DNA of 61,553 nucleotides from contig JAKFXG010000002.1 in NCBI GenBank assembly GCA_021731495.1, positions 1-61,553 of the forward strand. Direction: 5' to 3'. This DNA comes from Candidatus Parcubacteria bacterium. Lineage in GTDB: Bacteria > Patescibacteriota > Minisyncoccia > Phycocordibacterales > Phycocordibacteraceae. Below the pieces are notes generated by a model. The model was not told the origin of the DNA and did not search any database. It saw nothing but the letters and a program-made list of their open reading frames with translations. The position numbers and the translations under genes were made by a program. Position 1 is the first letter of the stretch; the number at the start of each line of letters is the position of its first letter. Positions 47,618 through 56,129 of this stretch are shown here, piece after piece.

Positions 47618-49030
47618 ATGTCATTGCGATTAAGTTTTTATGGCGGAGCAGGGAAGGTGACCGGATCAAATTTTCTTATTGAAGGGGCAAATGGAAAAGT
47701 CCTTGTCGACTGCGGCATCGAACAAGGCGCTGACTTTTGTGAAGAATGCGTGTATGGGCCGTTCCCGTACGACGTGAAGGCGATCGACGCGCTTGTCGTC
47801 ACGCATGCGCATCTCGATCACGTCGGCCGTATTCCAAAGCTCGTGCGGGACGGTTTTCGCGGAAAGATTTACATGACACCGGCGACGCGCGACCTCGCCG
47901 AACTCATCATGCGCGACTCGGTCGGCATCCTGAGCGAAGAGGCCTCTCGTCGAGATATTGCGCCACTCTACGGGGAGAAAGATGTTGATGCAACTTCCTC
48001 ACTCATCGAAACGCTTGAGTATCATACCGAAAAAGAAATTCCTGCCTGCCGGCAGGCAGGGCCCACGGGACTCTCAGTGTATCTCCGCAACACCGGCCAC
48101 ATCCTCGGCTCGGCGAGTGTGCGCATCAAGGATGAGGAGGGCGTTGCCGTTGCGCTCACGGGCGACATCGGCAACTCTCCTTCGCCACTACTGCCTGACT
48201 GGGAACCAGTGACCGACGCGGATGCACTTGTTATGGAGAGCGTGTATGGCGACCGAAATCACCCGAGCCAGCAGGCTCGCACCGAGATCTTGGCCGAGGT
48301 ATTGAAGCGCGCAATAGCAAAAGGCGGCGCTATTCTCATTCCCGCCTTCTCGCTTGAGCGCACACAACTGATGCTCTATGAACTCTCAAACTTTTTTTCC
48401 GCAGGGACGCTCCCAAAGATCCCCGTGTTTCTGGACTCGCCGCTTGCCATCAAGGTGACCACCGTCTACGAGAAGTGGGGTCCAACGTACTTTAAGCCCG
48501 AAACCGAGGATGAGATGAAGCGAGAGGAAAGTATTTTTGAATTTCCGTTTTTGAAACAGACCCCTTCGCGCGAGGAGTCGATGTCGATAGAGAAGGTGCC
48601 GGGCCCGAAGATCATCATCGCCGGTGCAGGCATGAGTCACGGCGGCCGTATCGGTCACTGGGAGACGCGCCACCTGCCCGATCCCTCATCCACGCTCATT
48701 ATCGTCGGGTACCAGGCTCCCGGGACGCCCGGGCGGCGTATGATGGAGGGAGCATCGAGCGTGCGGCTCGGCGGCAATGAGATAAAAATTAAGGCCAAGG
48801 TCGAGAATCTCACGGGATGGTCCGCACATGCCGACCGCGATGAATTGCTCAAATTTGCGCACGCATCACTGCCGCGCCCAAAAGCCATTTTCACTGCCAT
48901 CGGTGAGCCTTCAGCTGAACGTTTCCTTGCTCAGCGCATCCACGACTACCTCGGCGCGCGCGCCATCGTTCCCGAGTCAGGGCAGACCTGGGAGATTACC
49001 AAGGATTCAGTCAAACAAGTTCCGGTTTAG
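47618..49030 (+). CDS. MBL-fold beta-CASP RNA-metabolising metallohydrolase
   Basis: VTGS, VDCG, THAHLDHVG, GHILGS, MESVYGDR, SAHADR. Confidence 0.92.
   Translation: MSLRLSFYGGAGKVTGSNFLIEGANGKVLVDCGIEQGADFCEECVYGPFPYDVKAIDALVVTHAHLDHVGRIPKLVRDGFRGKIYMTPATRDLAELIMRDSVGILSEEASRRDIAPLYGEKDVDATSSLIETLEYHTEKEIPACRQAGPTGLSVYLRNTGHILGSASVRIKDEEGVAVALTGDIGNSPSPLLPDWEPVTDADALVMESVYGDRNHPSQQARTEILAEVLKRAIAKGGAILIPAFSLERTQLMLYELSNFFSAGTLPKIPVFLDSPLAIKVTTVYEKWGPTYFKPETEDEMKREESIFEFPFLKQTPSREESMSIEKVPGPKIIIAGAGMSHGGRIGHWETRHLPDPSSTLIIVGYQAPGTPGRRMMEGASSVRLGGNEIKIKAKVENLTGWSAHADRDELLKFAHASLPRPKAIFTAIGEPSAERFLAQRIHDYLGARAIVPESGQTWEITKDSVKQVPV
48041..48060. repeat. 20-bp palindrome CCTGCCTGCCGGCAGGCAGG in frame (PACRQAG)
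   Basis: perfect palindrome; degenerate copies at 12464, 36306 and 38847. Confidence 0.8.
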
Positions 49031-49820
49031 CTAGCGGTAGTGTACCGCCGCTCCTATCAAATGTTGACTACGACCGTGGTACACTTTTGATATGGGAATC
49101 GTAGAGTCGGAAGCGAGGAAGAAGCGTGTGTATACCAACGTGCAACAAGCATTGCTTGTTACGGTCGCACTCACTGGTGTGGCTCTTGTTGCAGCCATAG
49201 CGCCGAATACGCCCGCGGCGTTGGCTAAATTACCGAGTGTAAAAAGAGCACAACTGCGATATCAATACAGAACGGCACTTGGAAGGCTCGCCGCAAAAGG
49301 ACACATCGTCTTTGAAAAACGCGACGGGAAACAGTATGCCAGGATTACCGAGTCGGGTCGCAAGGTTCTCGTGTTCGAGCAAGAGAAAGTGAAGTTCAGC
49401 GTCACTAGAAAAAGACGATGGAACGGGAGATGGCGAGTGGTCATTTTCGACATACCTGAACGCCGTCGCCGGACACGAGATCGACTCAGGAATCTGATGC
49501 TAGAGACAGGTTTTGTGCGGCTCCAGGATAGCGTCTGGGTCTTCCCTTACGACTGCGAGGATTTCATTTCTTTAGTAAAAGCGGAGTTAAAAATCGGTTC
49601 GGCCATCTTGTACATGGTTGTTGAACACATAGAAAATGATACGCATCTGCGTGCCCACTTCGGTCTGAAATAAGTCTCGGATACCAGCGCGAGCATATCA
49701 AAAGTTATATACGACCGTTGTATTAATTTGATATCTTCCATTATCTTGTGGTACACAGATGAAAGCCAACGCCATCGTTCCCGAGTCAGGGCAGACCTGG
49801 GAGATTACCAAGGATTCAGT
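48961..49820 (+). mobile_element. cassette bounded by a 51-bp direct repeat and carrying a PaaX-like gene
   Basis: 48961-49011 is identical to 49770-49820. Confidence 0.65.
49092..49673 (+). CDS. PaaX-like transcriptional regulator (wHTH plus Cas2-like ferredoxin domain)
   Basis: RITESG, WNGRWRVVIFDIPE.RR..RD.LR..M...GF..LQDSVW. Confidence 0.85.
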   Translation: MGIVESEARKKRVYTNVQQALLVTVALTGVALVAAIAPNTPAALAKLPSVKRAQLRYQYRTALGRLAAKGHIVFEKRDGKQYARITESGRKVLVFEQEKVKFSVTRKRRWNGRWRVVIFDIPERRRRTRDRLRNLMLETGFVRLQDSVWVFPYDCEDFISLVKAELKIGSAILYMVVEHIENDTHLRAHFGLK

Positions 49821-49865
49821 GAAAAAGATTTAAAACAAAAACCACTCCTTTCGGAGCGGTTTTTG

Positions 49866-50213
49866 TTAGACGACTTGCTTAGCGATGCGGGCGAAAACTT
49901 CAGGATGTTCGGAAGCAAACTCTGCGAGGACTTTACGGTCGAGCGCAAAACCGGTCTTCTTCAGCTTTGCGATGAACGTACTGTAGGACTTGTGACCATT
50001 GTCGCGGACAGCGGCGTTGAGGCGCACGATCCAAAGCTGACGGAAATCGGTCTTCTTGTCACGACGGTGGGCGAAGGCGTAGCGGCCTGCGCGCATGAGC
50101 GCCTCGTGTGCGTAACGCTCCTTCTTAGAGCGGATGCCTCGGTAGCCCTTGGCCCTCTCGAGGACATTCTTGCGGCGTTTCTGCGCCATAACTCCACCTT
50201 TGATTCGTGTCAT
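49866..50213 (-). CDS. rplT: 50S ribosomal protein L20
   Basis: MTRIKGG, AKGYRG, FRQLWIVRLNAA, LDRKVLA. Confidence 0.97.
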   Translation of the reverse strand: MTRIKGGVMAQKRRKNVLERAKGYRGIRSKKERYAHEALMRAGRYAFAHRRDKKTDFRQLWIVRLNAAVRDNGHKSYSTFIAKLKKTGFALDRKVLAEFASEHPEVFARIAKQVV

Positions 50214-50241
50214 ACAGAAATAATTAAAAACATTAATTAAA

Positions 50242-50433
50242 TTATGCGCCTGTGCCGGGAAGGAAACGGCGGCGAACCTTTATGGTCAGGTTGAGTGCAA
50301 CGGGGCGGCGCTTGCCGCTTCTCTCGGAACCGCTCTGCTTTGCGTTGAAATGGTTTTGACCCTTCGCACGCGCCATGAGCTTCCCGTTGCGGGTAACTCG
50401 TATTCGTTTTGAGTAAGATTTGTTTGTTTTCAT
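50242..50433 (-). CDS. rpmI: 50S ribosomal protein L35
   Basis: MKTNKSYSKRIRVTRNGK; located between infC and rplT. Confidence 0.93.
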   Translation of the reverse strand: MKTNKSYSKRIRVTRNGKLMARAKGQNHFNAKQSGSERSGKRRPVALNLTIKVRRRFLPGTGA

Positions 50434-50442
50434 GGTTTGTTT

Positions 50443-50487
50443 GCTTGCCCCGTTAGAAGTTGAGTCTGCGAGACTTTCTAACTGGGG
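50443..50487 (+). repeat. TGCCCCG...CTGGGG hairpin element between infC and rpmI
   Basis: GCTTGCCCCG-TTAGAAG..TTCTAA-CTGGGG; GTTTTCATG duplicated on both sides. Confidence 0.7.
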
Positions 50488-50490
50488 TTT

Positions 50491-51048
50491 TCATGTGGTT
50501 GGTTTCTGTTCTTTCTCGCGTTTCGCCTGGGCGATGAGATCACGCTCAATGACGCCTGCAAAGCCCTTCGGGCTTCTCGTAACCGGCTCAGCGACCTTGT
50601 AGGCATAAGGAATGAGCTTGAGGAACCTCTCGAGGCGTTCCTTGAGGAATTTCTCCTCCATGCTCTTATAGCGGCCTTTTAGGAAGAGCTCAGCGCGTAC
50701 CCGGTGGCCCTCCGCGAGCCATTCAGCGGCCTTTTTAGCCTTCAATTCCATATCATGGTCGCCGGTGCCTACCTTGATCTGGACCTCCTTGGTCTCGGAT
50801 ACCTTGACCTTAGCCTTTGCTACCTTTTCCTTCTTGCTACGCTCGTATTCGAATTTACCATAATCCATGATCTTCGCAATGGGAGGGACGGCCGAGGGCG
50901 AGATCTCGATCAAATCGAGCCCGGCGGCTTTCGCTGCCGCAAGAGCGTCGGCAAGAGAGAGGACTCCGAGGTTGCTTCCATCCGCACTAATAACGCGCAA
51001 TTCTTGCGCGCGGATCTCGTTATTTAAGCGGAGTCGGTCGGTAGCCAC
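50491..51048 (-). CDS. infC: translation initiation factor IF-3
   Basis: N.EIRA.ELRVI, LDLIEISP.A.PP.AKIMDYGKF.YE. Confidence 0.96.
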   Translation of the reverse strand: MATDRLRLNNEIRAQELRVISADGSNLGVLSLADALAAAKAAGLDLIEISPSAVPPIAKIMDYGKFEYERSKKEKVAKAKVKVSETKEVQIKVGTGDHDMELKAKKAAEWLAEGHRVRAELFLKGRYKSMEEKFLKERLERFLKLIPYAYKVAEPVTRSPKGFAGVIERDLIAQAKREKEQKPTT

Positions 51049-51099
51049 TGGAAGTGCCGTAAGTGTAGCATAAAAATCACGAAGTACGCAATGCAGTGT

Positions 51100-52014
51100 T
51101 CATTTAGAGATCTGACTTGGGGTTGAGAGAATGATTTCTGCCTTATTCTTATATAAAGAAATTTCCCCCGAGAGAGTGATAACCGTTCCTTCGTAATGGG
51201 AGGGGTCGCCGAATCTCTTCACATCGTCGGCGAAGATGACGCCGGCAAACGGACAGGTCTTATAGTCCTTGCAAAAGTCGAGAAAGACAGTCCCGCTCTT
51301 AGACGTATAGGCGTCGATGAGCATGCCGCGCACGGAGGCCACTTGTCCTATGTGCCGAGGAGCTTCCGTGTAGTCTATTGTCCCAACTGAAACGGGCGCG
51401 GCCGCTCCTGCGGCCGCGCTGTTGCCTCGGTAGGCGTCAAAAAGTTTCTTCAAAATGTCCTCATACGTTCGGCGGAGCGTTTCGTCGGTGCCTATTTCGA
51501 GGATTTCGTCATTTATGGTTGTCGCTGAATTAGTCCAGTTGTAACTGCCATGCGCATATGCTGAATCGGTGACGATCGCTTTGATGTGCATGATGCCGTT
51601 GCCGCTCGCATGCTTCTCAGTTACCATGGGGATGCCGGCTCCGATAAGCTTCGCGATGATGGGGGCGCTGTAACTGCCCGCGGCCTGGCCGGAATCCACT
51701 ATGCCGCGCACATCCACTCCGCGTTTCTTCGCCGCAACGAGCGCATCGGCAATGCTGTGAATCGTAAATGTATACATCGCGAAGTAAATATGACTCCGCG
51801 CCGCTTCGATGAGCGCGATGACTTCTTTATCGGTCTGTTTCTGGTCGAGACTGTATACCACGCGTATCGAGTCGGTCGGCGGCGCCGAGACGGTCTGCGC
51901 GGGGATGTCTATGCTCGTGCCCGCCGCTTCGCTGTCGCCCGCCGCATATCCCACGCCGCCCGCCGCGAGCGCGAGTACCGCTGCGACTAATGCACGGATC
52001 ATTTTCTGGCTCAT
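51100..52014 (-). CDS. secreted phospholipase D-like (single HKD) nuclease with C-terminal OB-fold
   Basis: signal peptide, HIKAIVTD...GSYNWT...N.E, C-terminal FLDF...F.GVIF. Confidence 0.85.
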   Translation of the reverse strand: MSQKMIRALVAAVLALAAGGVGYAAGDSEAAGTSIDIPAQTVSAPPTDSIRVVYSLDQKQTDKEVIALIEAARSHIYFAMYTFTIHSIADALVAAKKRGVDVRGIVDSGQAAGSYSAPIIAKLIGAGIPMVTEKHASGNGIMHIKAIVTDSAYAHGSYNWTNSATTINDEILEIGTDETLRRTYEDILKKLFDAYRGNSAAAGAAAPVSVGTIDYTEAPRHIGQVASVRGMLIDAYTSKSGTVFLDFCKDYKTCPFAGVIFADDVKRFGDPSHYEGTVITLSGEISLYKNKAEIILSTPSQISK

Positions 52015-52134
52015 TGGTTTAGTATACCCCTTACCACGTTTTTCCATCATCGTAAAAATACTGCGAGCTAAAGATACAAGGTGCATCAATAAATTCGAAA
52101 GTGGTAAGGGGTATACTGCACCGGCGACGCTTGG

Positions 52135-52743
52135 CTAATCCGATTTCGAGGCGGGCTCACGTAGCCCGTTCTTTTGCGCTCGGTACGCGAGGAGGTTGTA
52201 CCGACCGATAAAGAAAAGCACGAGAAGGAAGAGTGCGACCATACCCCAACGTGCGGGGCCAATCCAATCAGAGGTGACGTCGCCAAACCAGTACGAGAGG
52301 GAAAAAAGAATAGTTCCCAGGAGCAGACCTCCGGCAATCGCTTTAGGCACGAACGCAGAGAGAGGAAAACGGAAAAAACCGCTCGCTATATACGTAGTGA
52401 ATCGCAATCCGGGTACAAAGTGACCCGAAAAAATTATCACCGCATAGCGATCCTGAAGCCACGAACGGAAGGACGCAGTGAAGTCGTGATCGATATAATG
52501 CGCAAGTCGCTTATGAGTACGGGCGAGAAAGCCGATGGAGTAAAGTGTGGAGTCTCCGAGCATGATGCCGACATACAGAGAGAGAAGTGCGAGCGGAATG
52601 GAAATAAAACCATCTGCCGCGAGTACCCCGACGATGATTGTGGTCAGGTCCTCAAAAACAAAGGCACAAAGAATAATCGCGAGCGATAAAAGCATCACGT
52701 TATTCACAGAACCGTCGATGAGCTGAGAAAGGAAAGGGAGCAT
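52135..52743 (-). CDS. DedA/VTT-domain membrane protein
   Basis: EDLT...G, GD..LY.IG, F.PGLR..TY.ASG. Confidence 0.85.
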   Translation of the reverse strand: MLPFLSQLIDGSVNNVMLLSLAIILCAFVFEDLTTIIVGVLAADGFISIPLALLSLYVGIMLGDSTLYSIGFLARTHKRLAHYIDHDFTASFRSWLQDRYAVIIFSGHFVPGLRFTTYIASGFFRFPLSAFVPKAIAGGLLLGTILFSLSYWFGDVTSDWIGPARWGMVALFLLVLFFIGRYNLLAYRAQKNGLREPASKSD

Positions 52744-52833
52744 ACAATGAGCTCTTTCAGAGTAACAGATTTTCTTGGGGAGGGCTTGCTGCTCCATTTG
52801 CACTGAGGCGGCACAGCGCGTATCCTGAACGGT

Positions 52834-53370
52834 ATGAAACGAGTGGGTGTCGTACTCATCCTCGTGCTTGCCTTTTTCGGGCTGGCAGACTCCATATACC
52901 TCACCCAACATGCCGTAAACGGTACTCCGCTTCTCTGCGATATCCAAAATCTGTCGGGGTGCAATGTCGTCGCGCTGAGTCAATATTCGTATGTCTTTGG
53001 CATACCACTTGCCGAATTCGGGGTCCTGTTCTACGGCATCGTATTTGTCCTTGCCGCTCTTGAAATCGTCATTTTCGATCAGCTCTTGCGCCGCGTACTG
53101 CAGGCCGTCTCGTTTGCCGGCGTCATCTTTTCGCTCTACTTTATGTCGGTTCAACTGTTCGTAATACAGGCATTCTGTATCTATTGTTTGATATCGACAC
53201 TCATTGCGTTTCTTATTTTCATTCTCGCGAGTTTTATTGAACCTATACGCAGAGGCAGAGATACTAATCCGCAGCTGTCAGCCAGCGTCGCTCCTCGGCA
53301 ACCTGATGCAGGGTCTACGTCAGGATTTCCAAACGGAAGCGGAAGTCTCCCTATGCCACCCACACCCTAG
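52834..53370 (+). CDS. vitamin K epoxide reductase (VKOR) family protein
   Basis: C......C..V..SQYS.VFGIP.A..G, FCIYC. Confidence 0.9.
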   Translation: MKRVGVVLILVLAFFGLADSIYLTQHAVNGTPLLCDIQNLSGCNVVALSQYSYVFGIPLAEFGVLFYGIVFVLAALEIVIFDQLLRRVLQAVSFAGVIFSLYFMSVQLFVIQAFCIYCLISTLIAFLIFILASFIEPIRRGRDTNPQLSASVAPRQPDAGSTSGFPNGSGSLPMPPTP

Positions 53371-53372
53371 CT

Positions 53373-54542
53373 ATGCAACGCACAATCCTCGCTGTGTTCA
53401 CCTTCTTTTTTCTTCTGCCGACGAGTGTTCTTGCCGCACAAGGCCCGGCATCTTTTTCAGCAGCGCGCTCGCTTCTTGTTGCGAGTTCTTCACCTGGGAA
53501 CGCGTATGCGGCGGGCGTTTCGGTCGTCGTTACCGCTCCGGTAGCAGGGGACCTCTCAATAGTGGGAGGTTCGGTTATCGCTGCCGCACCGGTACGTGGC
53601 GACACGCTTCTTCTTGCAGGCTCAATAAGCTCGCGCGCCCGTATGACGGGCGATCTCCGGGCGCTCGGCGGGCGTATACACATTGAAGAGCCGGTGCTGG
53701 GTGACTTGGTCGCTCTTGGCATCTCAGTGCATGATTCCGGCCGTGTTGCAGGAAGCGTCTTTATTGCCGCAGCGGACGTTACGTTGACAGATGGCGCCTC
53801 GGGCCCGGTTACCATTTATGGGAACAATGTCTCGCTCGCAGGGGATTTCGCGGGTGACATCAAAGTCACCGCAAGCGGTCACCTGACGCTTGCGGCGAGC
53901 ACCACGATACGCGGGAAACTTATCTATGAAGCGCCCGAAGCTGCTGCAATACCTGCGTCTGCGACGATAGTCGGCGGCGTCGAGTACACGAGCGCCTCCT
54001 ATCTGCCGGATGCCGGTACGTCGCGCATTCTCGCGCTCGTGAGCATCGGGTTCTTCCTCTTCGCGCGCATTCTCGGGGCTCTCATCCTTGCCGGCCTTCT
54101 GGCCGGCCTCTTCCCGAGGCTTGCGGAATCAATCGCCGAGCGTGCACATACGAAACGTCCTCGTAGTATTTTGCTTTCCATGCTGCTCGGCTTTGCCATA
54201 CTCGTCGCCACGCCAGTTTTGCTCATTCTCCTCTCGCTTACGTTTGTCGGCATCGGTCTCGCGCTTCTGCTTTTCATTGCCTATATCCTCCTGGTGCTTC
54301 TCGCTGGTGTCTATGCCGGCATCCTTCTCGGGAGTATTTTTGCGCGCCGTTTTTTCGGTCGCGAGACGGTACTCTGGCACGACGGCGTACTTGGCATGCT
54401 TGCGCTCTCGCTCGTCACTCTCGTTCCGGTGATTGGTCTTTTCGTGGCCTTTCTTCTCACCGCCTTTTCGGCGGGCGTGCTCCTGCAACTCTTTTTTCAA
54501 TTCGCTTTCCCTCACGACGACCACACGCCTGAAATGCTATAA
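53373..54542 (+). CDS. membrane protein with bactofilin-like beta-repeats and C-terminal TMs
   Basis: repeated V.GDL...GG units followed by a hydrophobic C-terminal half. Confidence 0.75.
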   Translation: MQRTILAVFTFFFLLPTSVLAAQGPASFSAARSLLVASSSPGNAYAAGVSVVVTAPVAGDLSIVGGSVIAAAPVRGDTLLLAGSISSRARMTGDLRALGGRIHIEEPVLGDLVALGISVHDSGRVAGSVFIAAADVTLTDGASGPVTIYGNNVSLAGDFAGDIKVTASGHLTLAASTTIRGKLIYEAPEAAAIPASATIVGGVEYTSASYLPDAGTSRILALVSIGFFLFARILGALILAGLLAGLFPRLAESIAERAHTKRPRSILLSMLLGFAILVATPVLLILLSLTFVGIGLALLLFIAYILLVLLAGVYAGILLGSIFARRFFGRETVLWHDGVLGMLALSLVTLVPVIGLFVAFLLTAFSAGVLLQLFFQFAFPHDDHTPEML

Positions 54543-54550
54543 TTGCACGA

Positions 54551-55024
54551 ATGGAAGTACCCAAGATTCATTCACCAGCACCCGATTTCACGCTCCCTGA
54601 TCAAGACGGGGAAAATCACGCACTCTCCGACTACAAGGGGAAGTGGGTGCTGCTTTATTTCTACCCAAAGGACGACACCCCAGGGTGCACCATCGAAGCC
54701 TGCGCCATCCGCGACCAGTTCAAGGATTTTAAGAGTATCGGTGCGGTCGTGCTCGGGGTCTCAACCGACAGCGTTGCGAGTCACAAGAAATTCGCGACTG
54801 CCTACGAGCTGCCGTTTACGCTGCTTGCCGACGTGAACAAAGAAGTTGTGGGAATGTATGGCGTTTTCGGCGAGAAAAAGTTCATGGGGAAAACCTACAT
54901 GGGTACAAGCCGTACCTCGTTCCTCATCAATCCTGCGGGGAACATCGCCAAAGTGTACGAAAAAGTGAAGCCGGAGAAGCACGCCGCTGAAGTCATTGCG
55001 GATTTGCGAGCGTTTGCTCAATGA
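54551..55024 (+). CDS. bcp: thioredoxin-dependent peroxiredoxin Bcp
   Basis: APDFTLPDQ, YFYPKDDTPGCTIEAC. Confidence 0.95.
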   Translation: MEVPKIHSPAPDFTLPDQDGENHALSDYKGKWVLLYFYPKDDTPGCTIEACAIRDQFKDFKSIGAVVLGVSTDSVASHKKFATAYELPFTLLADVNKEVVGMYGVFGEKKFMGKTYMGTSRTSFLINPAGNIAKVYEKVKPEKHAAEVIADLRAFAQ

Positions 55025-55689
55025 TTTCTACAAAACAGAAAGAGCGTGTATTGCGCGCGCGGAAGATACTTTCGTATCTGAAGAAAACATATCCGGCGCC
55101 AAAGAGCGAACTGATACACGAAACGCCGATGCAGTTTCTTGCTTCGGTAATCCTTTCGGCGCAGTGCACGGACAAGACCGTAAACCGGGTAACAGAGAAG
55201 TTGTGGAAGAAATACAAAACCGCAGAGGATTTTGCGAAAGCGAATCCGGCAACGTTCACAAAAGAGATCTCATCGGTTACCTTTTTCCGTAATAAAGCGA
55301 AAGCGATTATCGGCGCGGCAAAGATCATTCAAACGCGGCACAAGGGAACCGTGCCGCGCACCGAAAAAGAGCTTGTCGCCCTGCCCGGTATCGGTTATAA
55401 GACGGCGCACGTTATTCTCGGCGAACTCTACGGCGTATGGGAGGGTATCGCGACCGATACGCACGTGAAGCGTTTCGCAAAGCGTTTCGACCTGACTGAC
55501 CAGAACGACCTCACGAAAATATCAAAAGACTTGGAGGCACTCATTCCAAAAAAAGACTGGAAATACATAAACAATGGCCTGGTGCTCTACGGCCGGTACG
55601 CGTGTCCTGCACGCCCGCATGATTGTGCCACACACCCGCTCACAAAACTCTGGCCGCCTGCCGCGCTGCGCTGGCCGAAAGCGAAATAA
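55021..55689 (+). CDS. nth: endonuclease III (HhH-GPD glycosylase)
   Basis: ILSAQCTDK.VN, LPGIG.KTA, DTHVKR. Confidence 0.92.
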   Translation: MISTKQKERVLRARKILSYLKKTYPAPKSELIHETPMQFLASVILSAQCTDKTVNRVTEKLWKKYKTAEDFAKANPATFTKEISSVTFFRNKAKAIIGAAKIIQTRHKGTVPRTEKELVALPGIGYKTAHVILGELYGVWEGIATDTHVKRFAKRFDLTDQNDLTKISKDLEALIPKKDWKYINNGLVLYGRYACPARPHDCATHPLTKLWPPAALRWPKAK

Positions 55690-55727
55690 AAGCATTGGGT
55701 CCCGCACGTTTGCGGGACCCGGGTATA

Positions 55728-56000
55728 TCAAGGCCGATTGTGATCCTTGAGTTCATTGATCGTGTAAAGGCGCGCCGCCCAGAGACATCCTTGGATAAAT
55801 CCGAGCCAGCGAAAGACCTTATCCATTCTCCCTTCATGGATAAAAGTAGTCATTTGGTCAAGCATCCCATGACAGTGGGGAAGTGCTTGCTCCCCCGAAC
55901 AGAGATATTCCTCATGAGGAAAGTCGATCTTGCCGATTTTTTGCTCCTCAAACCTTTTTCGATAGAGGTCGATAACGCCCAGCATCTTCTCCGGAGTCAT
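55728..56000 (-). CDS. hypothetical protein
   Basis: 90 aa, AAGGA SD, K.FRWLGFIQG.LW motif. Confidence 0.7.
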   Translation of the reverse strand: MTPEKMLGVIDLYRKRFEEQKIGKIDFPHEEYLCSGEQALPHCHGMLDQMTTFIHEGRMDKVFRWLGFIQGCLWAARLYTINELKDHNRP

Positions 56001-56129
56001 GGTGACATCCTTCTGTGGTTCTAGTTCCCAGTCACAACCCTATTCAAAAGAGGTTGAGAAGTCAACTTCGTTTTTACAATGTTAATGACTTTTGTACCTT
56101 AATCTCTTTCCATCGAATATTGGGGTAGG

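Noticed and set aside
49092..49673. Cas2 / CRISPR-Cas system
   Set aside because: The protein is a PaaX-like wHTH fusion. There is no cas1 or effector gene and no repeat-spacer array; two 38-bp repeats around a gene are not an array.
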